Assembly (NCBI GenBank): GCA_035292965.1
Contig: DATDPC010000086.1
Location: 1 to 40,106 of the forward strand
Direction: 5' to 3'
DNA length: 40,106 bases
Source of the DNA: Dehalococcoidia bacterium
GTDB taxonomy: Bacteria > Chloroflexota > Dehalococcoidia > DSTF01 > WHTK01
Below, one piece after another: positions 8,455 through 16,550 of the stretch; positions within the stretch are counted from its first letter, which is position 1, and each line of letters opens with the position of its first letter. The notes below the pieces were generated by a model that saw only the letters and a list, made by a program, of their open reading frames with translations, did not search any database and was not told the origin of the DNA. The translations under genes and the position numbers were made by a program.

Positions 8455-8823
8455 ATGCCTATCTTTCTCGACCACACGATTGTGCCGGCGCACGACAAGG
8501 AAGCTTCGGCGCGCTTCTTCGCGAAGATCTTCGGGCTCGAGTACAAGGGGCCGTGGGGGCACTTCGCGCCGGTGAAGGTCAACGAGACGCTATCGATGGA
8601 CTTCGACAACCGCGACGTCGTCGAGAGTCACCACTACGCCTTCATCGTTGGCGACGACGAGTTCGACGCGATCTTCGGGCGCGTCACGGGCGAGAGGCTG
8701 GCATACGGCAGCGGGCCGATGCAGGACGACATGCAGATCAACCACCTGCACACGGGCCGCGGCTTCTACTTCAACGACCCGAACGGCCACCGCCTCGAGG
8801 TGATCACGCACACCTATATCTAG
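8455..8823 (+). CDS. VOC (glyoxalase/bleomycin-resistance/dioxygenase) family protein
   Basis: LDHTIVPAHDKEASARFFAKIFGL..., HHYAFIVGDDEFDAIFGRV..., GRGFYFNDPNGHRLEVITH. Confidence 0.85.
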   Translation: MPIFLDHTIVPAHDKEASARFFAKIFGLEYKGPWGHFAPVKVNETLSMDFDNRDVVESHHYAFIVGDDEFDAIFGRVTGERLAYGSGPMQDDMQINHLHTGRGFYFNDPNGHRLEVITHTYI

Positions 8824-9108
8824 GTGAGGCGAACGGCGCGCGTGAAGCCCAGCACGATAAGCAACGTCGTCCTTCTCTGCCTGGCAGGCGCTGCGATCCT
8901 GCATGTCAACGACCGTCTCGACAGGTGGGAGGCTAGAGGCGAGGCCCAACTTCAGGGGATCAGCATCGGGCTCCTGGTGGTTGTCGGGATCGCCATCGTG
9001 GCCCTAAACGTCACGTTCAAGGCCAGATGGATGGATTACATCTCGACGCTCCTGGCCGCCGCGGCTGTGTTCGTGGCGTACGTCCTGGGGACATCGCGGA
9101 TCGACTAA
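8824..9108 (+). CDS. small hypothetical membrane protein (about 3 TM segments)
   Basis: A GTG start abuts the VOC stop. Third codon positions are GC-rich. Hydrophobic segments include VVLLCLAGAAIL, ISIGLLVVVGIAIVAL and ISTLLAAAAVFVAYVL. I recognise no family. Confidence 0.45.
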   Translation: MRRTARVKPSTISNVVLLCLAGAAILHVNDRLDRWEARGEAQLQGISIGLLVVVGIAIVALNVTFKARWMDYISTLLAAAAVFVAYVLGTSRID

Positions 9109-9119
9109 GTAGAATCGCC

Positions 9120-10313
9120 CTACTTCGCCCAGAGCTGCTTCGTAGCGATGCGGGCGCCTTCGACCATCGCGTCGAGCTTTGCCCACATGATCTCTTCGTG
9201 GCCGACGCGGTAGCCGAGGCCGCAGTCTGTGCCGGCGATCACGTTCTCGCGGCCGATGACGTTGGCGTAGCGAACGAGGCGCTGGGCGACGAGCTCCGGG
9301 TGCTCGATCAGGTCGGTCGCGTGGCCGACGACGCCGGGCATCAGCGACTTTCCTTCCGGCAGCTTGACTTCTTCCCAAAGCGCCCATTCGTGCTCGTGAC
9401 GCGGGTTCGCCGCTTCGACTGAGACGCACTCGGCCTTCACCCTGAGGACGATATCGACGATGTCCTTGAGGCCGATGTCGTTCTTGTGGGGGCCGTGGAA
9501 GCTGCCCCAGCAGACGTGGAGGCGGATCTGGCTCTCGGGGATGTCGCGCAGGGCGTGGTTCGTCGCCTCGACGCGGGTCTCGGCGTACCTGCGGTAGTCG
9601 GCGATGCTCAGCTCCGGGTACATCTGCCAGCCGTCCGGCAGGTCCGGGTCGTCGAGCTGGAGGATGAGGCCGGCGTCCGTGATCGCCTTGTACTCCTCGT
9701 GCATCGCGTCGGCGAGGGCGAAGAGGTACTCCTCCTGGCTCTTGTAGTAGTCGTTCCACAGCCAGTGCTCGATCGTGCCGACGGTGTTCGCCGGCAGGTA
9801 GGCCTCGATGTTTGGATTGCCGGCCTTGGCGAGCGCCGCCTTGAGGTTCTTGATGTCGCGCTGCACGGCCTCCTGGCCGGCGTAGGTGATCGGGCCGGTG
9901 CAAAAGACGGGCAGGTTAACCGGACGCGGCGCCGTCCCACCACCGACGCCGACCGCGCCGCCCGCGGCGAGACGGCCGAAGGCGCCGGGGCTGCGGCTGT
10001 AGAAGCCCGGGAAGTCGATGCCGTCGCGGGCCATGACGTTGCGCGGCGGAACGTCGCGATCCAGCGGCTCGATGCCGCCGAGGCGGTCCTGCACGTAGTT
10101 AGAGAAGCCGCCCTTCTTGCCGTACTCGCCGTCGTTGACGACGTCGATGCCGATGTCGATCTGGCGCTTGACGACGTCCTCGACCTCTGCGGGCAACATG
10201 GCGTAGAACTGCTCGTCGGTGATGCCGGCGGCGGCGACGCCCGCGGCCATGAGGTCGCGCCGCTGCAGGGTGCCCGCGTGCGAGGTGATGATCCGGTCTG
10301 TGCTGCGCTTCAT
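9120..10313 (-). CDS. single-domain MetE-like Zn-dependent alkyltransferase, paralog 2
   Basis: RIITSHAGTLQR, IDVVNDGEYGK, LHVCWGSFHGPH, EAANPRHEHEW and GTDCGLG. It is closely similar to the ORF at 23800..24996. Confidence 0.85.
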   Translation of the reverse strand: MKRSTDRIITSHAGTLQRRDLMAAGVAAAGITDEQFYAMLPAEVEDVVKRQIDIGIDVVNDGEYGKKGGFSNYVQDRLGGIEPLDRDVPPRNVMARDGIDFPGFYSRSPGAFGRLAAGGAVGVGGGTAPRPVNLPVFCTGPITYAGQEAVQRDIKNLKAALAKAGNPNIEAYLPANTVGTIEHWLWNDYYKSQEEYLFALADAMHEEYKAITDAGLILQLDDPDLPDGWQMYPELSIADYRRYAETRVEATNHALRDIPESQIRLHVCWGSFHGPHKNDIGLKDIVDIVLRVKAECVSVEAANPRHEHEWALWEEVKLPEGKSLMPGVVGHATDLIEHPELVAQRLVRYANVIGRENVIAGTDCGLGYRVGHEEIMWAKLDAMVEGARIATKQLWAK

Positions 10314-10360
10314 GCGTCTTTTCGTCCCCCTCTTACGGCCCGTCTCTGACAGGCCTATGC

Positions 10361-10389
10361 AAGCTAGCGCGGCGCAGGATAAACGTCAA
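10361..10389 (-). promoter_or_regulatory. candidate promoter for MetE-like paralog 2
   Basis: Minus strand reads TTGACG (10389-10384), a 17-nt spacer, then TAGCTT (10366-10361). AGAGGGGGA lies upstream of the ATG at 10313. Confidence 0.25.
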
Positions 10390-10393
10390 TCGA

Positions 10394-10434
10394 TTAACAA
10401 ATAAAGGAGGCCCCGTCCAAAGACGAGGCCTCCT
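10394..10434 (-). terminator. intrinsic terminator downstream of the CHRD/cupredoxin gene
   Basis: Minus strand reads aggaggcc-t-cgtc-tttg-gacg-g-ggcctcct (12 bp with one mismatch), followed by TTTATTTGTT. Confidence 0.6.
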
Positions 10435-10456
10435 GTGTCGCGAGAGAGACGACGCG

Positions 10457-11770
10457 TTAGCCGCGACGCCGCGCCGTCGCGGCGCTGAGGCCGGCGCCGC
10501 CAAACCCCACGAGGAGCAGGGCGCCGCCGAGGACCACATAGAGCGACCGGTCGCTAGTGGCGCCGGCCAAGCCTCCGTCGCCGGTGCTCGGCGCGCGAAG
10601 GGCCACGGTCGAGCCGCCGACCACAAAGTCGGTGGACATGCCGCGAAGGAAGTGCGGCGTGCCCTGCGGGTCGGGCATGAAGCAGACGAAGGCGTAGGCG
10701 CCGGAAGCCAATGGCACCGTGGTGAACGCCAGCGTTTCTGAGCTACCGGGCAGGATGCCGTCGACGGCGCCGATGAAGGTGATGCCCTCGGGATCTTCGT
10801 CGCCGGCTGCAGCGAGGACGTCAAAGATCGGCTTACCGGTGTCGTTCTTGAACAGGATCAGCTCGTGCTCTTCCTTGCCGCTGTTGGTAACGCGCAGCGC
10901 GAAGTTGCCACTCGCCAGTTTGCTCTTGTCGACGCTGAAGGAGTACTCCGAGGCCGTCACGTCGACGAGAGAGACATTGGCGGCGACGGGCGAGGCGGTA
11001 ATCGTCGCGGCGTCAAGCTTCCACTTGCCGCCTTCGAGGACGAAGGACTGCACTGACGCTTCAAGACTGGAGCCGATGGAGAGAAGGAGGTTGGCGGTCG
11101 CCGTCGCGCCGTTGATCTGGATGTTCGTCAGTGAGATAAGACGGACAGGGTCTTCGCCGATGAAGGACGGCAACGCAGAGGCGGCTGCCGACGGCGGGTC
11201 GATGTCGAGGACGTCGACGATGCCCCGGTTGGTAAAGCCGGCGAGGAACGCGTTGACGTTCTTCGCGTTCCAGAAGGCGATCGTCGTGGAGACGTCGGTG
11301 TAGAGCTTGCCCGCGGGATCAACGATCTGACCTCGGGCGAAGCCGCCGGGGAAGTCTATGGAGTGGACGTTAAGGTAGAGGTTTCCGGCGTAGTAGTCCG
11401 GCAGGTCGGACTCGGTGAGGGTGACGACGCCGGAGATCGTGCCGATCGGTGCGCCTTCCTGCAGCGTGTAGATGATCGGGCCGTTGATGCCCGTGGCGCC
11501 GCGGTGGATGTGGGCACGGTTAACGCCCGATGCCGGCTTGCCATCCGTCGTCAGCGTGTACGACAGCTGGCGCGTCACGTCATCGAATGTCAGCGTCGCG
11601 ATCGCGGAGCCGGGGCTGACGACGGGCGGGTTTTCATTCGGGCCGGTGAGGGCGACTGAGAACGTGCGCTGCGCCGCTTGTGCGCGCGCGCTGTCGCCCA
11701 ACGTTCCTGACAGCACGAGCGTCAGGCCGACGAGCGCGGCGAGCGCCGAGAGCATGAATGTCCTTAACAA
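10457..11770 (-). CDS. secreted CHRD-domain / cupredoxin-like fusion protein with a C-terminal APxTG sorting signal
   Basis: Signal peptide MLRTFMLSALAALVGLTLVLSG...ARAQAA. CHRD-like region FSVALTGPNENPPV...AHIHRGATGINGPIIY...YLNVHSIDFPGGFARGQI. C-terminal cupredoxin-like region NSGKEEHELI...GAYAFVCFMPDPQGTPHFLRGM (His/Cys/His/Met). Tail is LRAPSTGDGGL, a TM segment, then RRRG. Confidence 0.8.
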   Translation of the reverse strand: MLRTFMLSALAALVGLTLVLSGTLGDSARAQAAQRTFSVALTGPNENPPVVSPGSAIATLTFDDVTRQLSYTLTTDGKPASGVNRAHIHRGATGINGPIIYTLQEGAPIGTISGVVTLTESDLPDYYAGNLYLNVHSIDFPGGFARGQIVDPAGKLYTDVSTTIAFWNAKNVNAFLAGFTNRGIVDVLDIDPPSAAASALPSFIGEDPVRLISLTNIQINGATATANLLLSIGSSLEASVQSFVLEGGKWKLDAATITASPVAANVSLVDVTASEYSFSVDKSKLASGNFALRVTNSGKEEHELILFKNDTGKPIFDVLAAAGDEDPEGITFIGAVDGILPGSSETLAFTTVPLASGAYAFVCFMPDPQGTPHFLRGMSTDFVVGGSTVALRAPSTGDGGLAGATSDRSLYVVLGGALLLVGFGGAGLSAATARRRG

Positions 11771-12252
11771 CTGAAGACTTCCTTTCCTGAGCTAAAGGCC
11801 GTTTGGATATAGCATCGCTTTAACACGATCGCTGTGAAGCAATACGACGTGTCGGCGCATAAGGACTGCATTTCAATTGCGGGGCCGTGAAAACGCTGTT
11901 CGCGCCTCGCGGGCTTGCCATTGCGCCACCACCCGGCGGCGACCACTAGACGGTGAACACGTTATCACCGGCCGCGGCCTTTGTCGCGTAGACGGAGTCG
12001 CTCGGCGCGATGCAGCCCGCGTTCGCCTCAACCGGAGGCGTACCGGATGACGATCTCCGTGTCGTATAAGGGATCGTTGCTGGCGGTGAGGGCGCGCACG
12101 AGCGCTTCGACACGAAAACAGGTTACACGTCCGCATAGGGGGGCTTGAGCTATGATGCGTTTCACCCGCCCGCAGACGGAGAACCCGCCGCCGATCGTCC
12201 TAGGCCGCGCCGCGCCGGGGACGGCCCCACCGCATGCAGGAGAGGACACGAA

Positions 12253-13088
12253 ATGCCAGGAGAGCTCGAAGGACGCGTCGCCATTGTCACGGGCGGCGGG
12301 CGCGGCTTCGGTCAGGACATCGCCCGCGGCCTCGCCGTCGCCGGCGCCGCCGTAACGGTCACCGCGCGCACCGAATCGCAGCTGGCTGAGACCGTATCGA
12401 TCGTCGAGGCGGTTGGCGGGCGCTGTCTCGCGGCGCCGGCCGAGATCACCGACCAGGCGGCGGTCGACCGCGTCGTCGCCGAGACGGAGGCGAAGTTTGG
12501 CCCCGTCGACATCCTGATCAGCAACGCGGCGATCACGACGCCGGTCGGCCCGCTCTGGGAGATCGACCCGGACTCTTGGGACCGCACGCTGGACGTCAAC
12601 CTGATCGGGCCGATGCGCATCGCCCACACGGTGCTCAAGGGCATGGTGCGCGGCGGCGGCGGGGCCACGTTGTCTTCGTCAGCAGCGGCGCCGGCACCTT
12701 CGCCGGACCGTATGACGGCGCCTACCGCGTCTCGAAGGCGGCGCTGATCCGCCTCGCCGAGGTGACGGCGCTGGAGGCGAAGGAGCACGGCGTCAGCGTC
12801 TTCTCGATCCACCCCGGCGTTGTCAGCACGGAGGCGCACAAATCGGCGACAGACACGCCGGAGGGGCGCAAGTACCTGCCGGAGTTCGGCGAGCGGGCGA
12901 AGCAGTTCGCGACGCCGATCGAGCTGGCGGCGAACCTTTGCGTCTACCTCGCCTCCGGTGCGGCGGATGCGCTCAGCGGACGCTACTTCAGCGTCAACGA
13001 CAACCCGGCGGCGATCACAGCGGAGACGAGCGCGATCCTCGAGTCTGATCTATATAAGCTACGGCTCCGGATGCCACCAAGGGTATGA
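12253..13088 (+). pseudogene. short-chain dehydrogenase/reductase (SDR) interrupted by a frameshift near 12650-12665
   Basis: The N-terminal part is in one frame (12253-12660: GRVAIVTGGGRGFGQDIARGL...NAAI...KGMVRGGG). The C-terminal part is in the -1 frame (from about 12660: RGHVVFVSSGAGTFAGPYDGAYRVSKAAL...IHPGVV). The break falls in the run gcgcggcggcggcggggcc. The RBS caggagagga precedes the ATG at 12253. Confidence 0.8.
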
Positions 13089-13130
13089 AATTTACCAATT
13101 GCCAACATCAAGAACCTGACGATAGCGTGT

Positions 13131-13200
13131 TACAAGTTCGTACAAGCCTAAATTCGTATCTCGCCGACGATTGACAAACGGCGGGTAGTAGGCGAAGAAT
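13131..13200 (+). promoter_or_regulatory. candidate promoter with upstream direct repeats at the head of the envelope-glycan cluster
   Basis: TTGACA (13171-13176), an 18-nt spacer, then AAGAAT (13195-13200). TACAAG direct repeats at 13131-13136 and 13141-13146 have 10-bp periodicity. The region lies in an unusually AT-rich 176-bp intergenic stretch. Confidence 0.3.
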
Positions 13201-13264
13201 GGGCAGAGTTTACCGACCCGTAAACGCGCAATCGAACCCAGCGCATAGCTCAGGAGGAAAAAGA

Positions 13265-13834
13265 GTGAAGGTAGTCTTTGCGGTATTAGTGGGAGCAGCC
13301 GCGGTGCTGAGCTTCCTGGCGCTTGCGTCAGGCGCCAGTGCGCAGTACGGGAAGCCCCCCGGCATCAATGTCTGTAGCACCAGCAGCACGACCGTCGACG
13401 CGAACGGCAACGCCACGATCACGGTGAAGCTGACAGACAGCAACGGCGCCCCGATCGTCGGCGCACCGGTGGTCTTCGAGACGGTCCCTGGTGGGGCTGC
13501 GACGCCTGCGGTTGGCGTGACCGGTGCTGACGGCACCGCGACGGCCGTAGTCAAGGTCGGCAACGGCCCGGCAGTTCTCGAAGTCAACACGCTTGGCAAC
13601 ACCGGCTCCGGCCAGCTGACCTGCCGCCTCGTGCTGCAGGTGAAGGCTCCGCCGCCTCCGGCCACGGCCACTTCGCCCACGGGCGCTGTCGCCGGTCAGC
13701 TCCAGGCGCCGAAGACTGGTGACGCGGGTCTGCTCGCTTCAGACAGCACCATGCCTTACCTCGCCATCGCCATGATCGCCGTCCTCCTGACGACTCTGTC
13801 AGGTGCGGTGGTCGTCCGCGCTCGCAAGGGATAA
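13265..13834 (+). CDS. secreted Ig-like (Big/invasin-type) domain protein with a C-terminal APxTG sorting signal
   Basis: GTG at 13265 lies 7 nt after AGGAGGA. Signal peptide is MKVVFAVLVGAAAVLSFLALASGASA. The beta-rich region is DANGNATITVKLTDSNGAPIVGAPVVFETV...GADGTATAVVKVG. The tail is LQAPKTGDAGL, a TM segment, then RARKG. The listed ORF starts earlier, at 13199. Confidence 0.75.
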   Translation: MKVVFAVLVGAAAVLSFLALASGASAQYGKPPGINVCSTSSTTVDANGNATITVKLTDSNGAPIVGAPVVFETVPGGAATPAVGVTGADGTATAVVKVGNGPAVLEVNTLGNTGSGQLTCRLVLQVKAPPPPATATSPTGAVAGQLQAPKTGDAGLLASDSTMPYLAIAMIAVLLTTLSGAVVVRARKG

Positions 13835-13855
13835 CGGTCCGCTAAGCGATAGCGG

Positions 13856-14554
13856 ATGGAGGTTGAAGGAGCAGTAACGGAGCGGACTCAGACGCGTGCA
13901 GCCGAAGGCTTGCCCGCAGAGACGCGGCCAGAAACCAGCGTTATCTACCGACGGTTCGGTAAGCGAGCGTTGGACCTGGCAATCGGTACCAGTCTTCTTC
14001 TCCTCACGGCACCGGTACTAATAGTTCTGGCAATAGTTGTGGTGGCCACCTCCGGGTGGCCACCACTCTATTCGTCCCGGCGCCTCGGCCGGCACGGGCA
14101 CGAGTTCCAGATGTGGAAGCTGCGCACGATGCGCCGCGACGCCGACAAGATCCTGCCCGAGTGGCTCAAGCAGAACCCCAACCTCGCGGACGAGTTCGCC
14201 CGCGGCTTCAAGCTGAAGGATGACCCGCGGATCACGCTGGTCGGCCGCTTCCTGCGACGCAGCAGCCTCGACGAGGTGCCGCAGCTGTGGAACGTAATCC
14301 GTGGCGACATGAGCCTCGTCGGGCCGCGACCGATCATCCTCGACGAGCTGTCTAACTACGGCAGTCACGGCGCCGAGCTTCTCGCCGTCCGCCCCGGCAT
14401 CACGGGCGAATGGCAGGTCACCGGCCGCAACGAGATCGAGTACCCGGAGCGCATCGCCGTCGAGCTGGCGTCGACGCGCAAGTCCAGCCTTGCCCACGAC
14501 GTCTTGATCCTGCTGCGGACGCTGGCGGCGCCGCTGCGCTTCAACGGTCTCTAG
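13856..14554 (+). CDS. initiating phosphoglycosyl (sugar-phosphate) transferase, 'bacterial sugar transferase' family
   Basis: FGKRALDLAIGTSLLLLTAPVLIVLAIVV (single TM), FQMWKLRTM, DPRITLVGRFLRRSSLDEVPQLWNVIRGDMSLVGPRP. Confidence 0.9.
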   Translation: MEVEGAVTERTQTRAAEGLPAETRPETSVIYRRFGKRALDLAIGTSLLLLTAPVLIVLAIVVVATSGWPPLYSSRRLGRHGHEFQMWKLRTMRRDADKILPEWLKQNPNLADEFARGFKLKDDPRITLVGRFLRRSSLDEVPQLWNVIRGDMSLVGPRPIILDELSNYGSHGAELLAVRPGITGEWQVTGRNEIEYPERIAVELASTRKSSLAHDVLILLRTLAAPLRFNGL

Positions 14555-14591
14555 TCCCCTTTAGCAGCCCGTCCGTCTACGATAGAGGCTG

Positions 14592-15509
14592 ATGACGCCT
14601 GTCGTTTCGATCATCTTGCCTTGCTACAACGGCGCCTCCCGGGTCGCGCAATCGATCGAGAGCGTCCTCGCGCAGACCTTCGCCGACTGGGAGCTGATCA
14701 TCATCGACGACGGCTCCACGGACGACACGTGGAAGGTGACCAGCGCTTACGAGGGGCCGCAGATTCACTGCGTCCACCTGCCCGAGAACCACGGCGTCGA
14801 GTTCGGCCGGACGACGGCGCTGAAGCTCGCTCGCGGCGAGTTCATCGCCCTGCTGGACGATGACGACCCGTGGCTGCCGGAGAAGCTGAGCCTGCAGGTC
14901 GCCTACATGCGCGCCCACCCGGATTGCGGCCTGCTGCACGGCGGCATCGTCGACGTGTATCCGGACGGGCGGCGCCTGTCGCGCATGCCGGCGCGCGGCT
15001 CGACCTCGTACCGGACGATGTTGGTGCGAGACGTCACGATCGCCTCGACGATCCTCGCGCGCAAGGACGCGATCGAGGCCGTCGGCGGCTTCGCCACGCC
15101 GATGCGGTCGAGCGGCGACTGGGACCTCTGGACGCGGATCGGTGCGAGGTATGGCCTCGGCGCGATCGACCGCCAGCTCGCGACGGGCTACCCGCACAGC
15201 GGCAGCATCACGCACGGTAATCCGGACATGCTGGCGCGAAACCGCCTCGCCGTCGTGCGGCGCAACTGGCGCGAGCTCAAGCGCCTGGGTTTACGGCGGG
15301 ACGCCCTCGCTCATCACGATTGCTACGTCGCCGGGCTGCTCCTGGTCGCGGGACGTCGGCGGGAGGCGCGACGGCGCGTCCTGCGCTCGTTACGCCTGCG
15401 ACCGCTGCCGCGCGCCCTGCCGGTGCTCGTGCTCAGCTTCATGGGGCCGAAGCAGGTGGAACGCGGCTGGACCGGGCTGCAGCGCCTGAGACGCGCCCTG
15501 CGCCTCTAG
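14592..15509 (+). CDS. family 2 glycosyltransferase
   Basis: VSIILPCYNGASRVAQSIESVLAQTFADWELIIIDDGSTDDT and ALLDDDD (DxD). Confidence 0.9.
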   Translation: MTPVVSIILPCYNGASRVAQSIESVLAQTFADWELIIIDDGSTDDTWKVTSAYEGPQIHCVHLPENHGVEFGRTTALKLARGEFIALLDDDDPWLPEKLSLQVAYMRAHPDCGLLHGGIVDVYPDGRRLSRMPARGSTSYRTMLVRDVTIASTILARKDAIEAVGGFATPMRSSGDWDLWTRIGARYGLGAIDRQLATGYPHSGSITHGNPDMLARNRLAVVRRNWRELKRLGLRRDALAHHDCYVAGLLLVAGRRREARRRVLRSLRLRPLPRALPVLVLSFMGPKQVERGWTGLQRLRRALRL

Positions 15510-15512
15510 TCT

Positions 15513-16550
15513 CTAAACACGGGCCAGCGCGTCGATGAAGGCGTTGGCGTAGTCCACCATCGTCTCCTTGCACTCGAGCGGTTCAGCCTCGGACGCCGCC
15601 GTCTCGTCGATTGCCCGCGCCATCGCGTCGATCGAGTACGGGTCGAAGAGGCGAGCTTTCCCCTGCGTCGTCTCCGGGAGCGCGCCGGCGTTGGCGACGC
15701 AGACAGGCAGGCCTACCGAGAGAGCCTCCCACGCCGGCAGGCCGAAGCCTTCCTCCAGCGACGGCAGGACGAGCAGGCGCGAGGTCGCGTAGAGCTCCTC
15801 GAGCGCGGTTTGGCTGATCTTGCGCTCGATCGTGACGCGAGCGCCTCGGGGCGCCATGTGTCTCAGACGCGCCGCATCCTCGCCACTGCCGCCGACGAGC
15901 ATCAGCTCACCGCCTTCGCGGGCGAACTGCGTCCTCGGGAAGGCGCTGAGCAGGCGTTCCAGGTTCTTGTGGCGCGCGAATTGGCCGACATACAGGGCGC
16001 AATCGCGTCGCTCGCCGCGGGCGCGGATGTCGAGGACGCGCGACACCAGCTCGCGGTCGACCGGGTAGTGGACGACGCCGATGCGCTCCGCCGGGATGCC
16101 GATGTCGCGCTCGATCGCAGCGCGCGAGTACTCGGAGACGGTGAGGACGCGCGTCGCCAGCCGCGCCAGGCCCCAGTTGTAGAGGTGCTGCGACACCTGC
16201 CGCGCCAGGGAGCGGTAGCGCAGGTGGATCGTGTCGTGGATCAGCGTCACGGAGCGCCCCGGGACAAGGGGGCGAGAGAGGTGCATGTAGAGCGCCACGT
16301 CGTGCGAGGGCAGGTCGAGCGCCTCTCGCATGCCGAAGAGGGCCTGCGGCGTGAACTGGCTGCGGACCCAGCGCGCGCCCGGCCAGAGGTAAGGCTCCAC
16401 GGCTGAAGTACCCCACAGCGTCCATTGACCGGACGGCTGCAGCTCTGAGAGGCCGCGCAGGAGATACTCGGTGGCGCGCCCGACGCCGCTCGCGCCGAGC
16501 CAGCGGCAATCGATCAGGACGCGCGTGGCGGAGGCGACGTTGCTGCTCAC
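15513..16550 (-). CDS. family 4 (GT-B, group 1) glycosyltransferase
   Basis: EGFGLPAWEALSVGLPVCVANAGALPE (EX7E region). The in-frame GTG at 16550 forms a GTGA overlap with the stop of the upstream GT4. The listed ORF extends to 16667 but would overlap that gene by 120 nt. Confidence 0.88.
   Translation of the reverse strand: MSSNVASATRVLIDCRWLGASGVGRATEYLLRGLSELQPSGQWTLWGTSAVEPYLWPGARWVRSQFTPQALFGMREALDLPSHDVALYMHLSRPLVPGRSVTLIHDTIHLRYRSLARQVSQHLYNWGLARLATRVLTVSEYSRAAIERDIGIPAERIGVVHYPVDRELVSRVLDIRARGERRDCALYVGQFARHKNLERLLSAFPRTQFAREGGELMLVGGSGEDAARLRHMAPRGARVTIERKISQTALEELYATSRLLVLPSLEEGFGLPAWEALSVGLPVCVANAGALPETTQGKARLFDPYSIDAMARAIDETAASEAEPLECKETMVDYANAFIDALARV

Noticed and set aside
12028-12627. 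A 199-aa minus-strand ORF overlapping the SDR. Its tail (...VEALVRALTASNDPLYDTEIVIRYASG) extends into the intergenic region and briefly looked like a gene remnant.
   Set aside because: Most of it is antisense to the well-supported SDR. The intergenic tail has no plausible start codon or family resemblance that I can defend.
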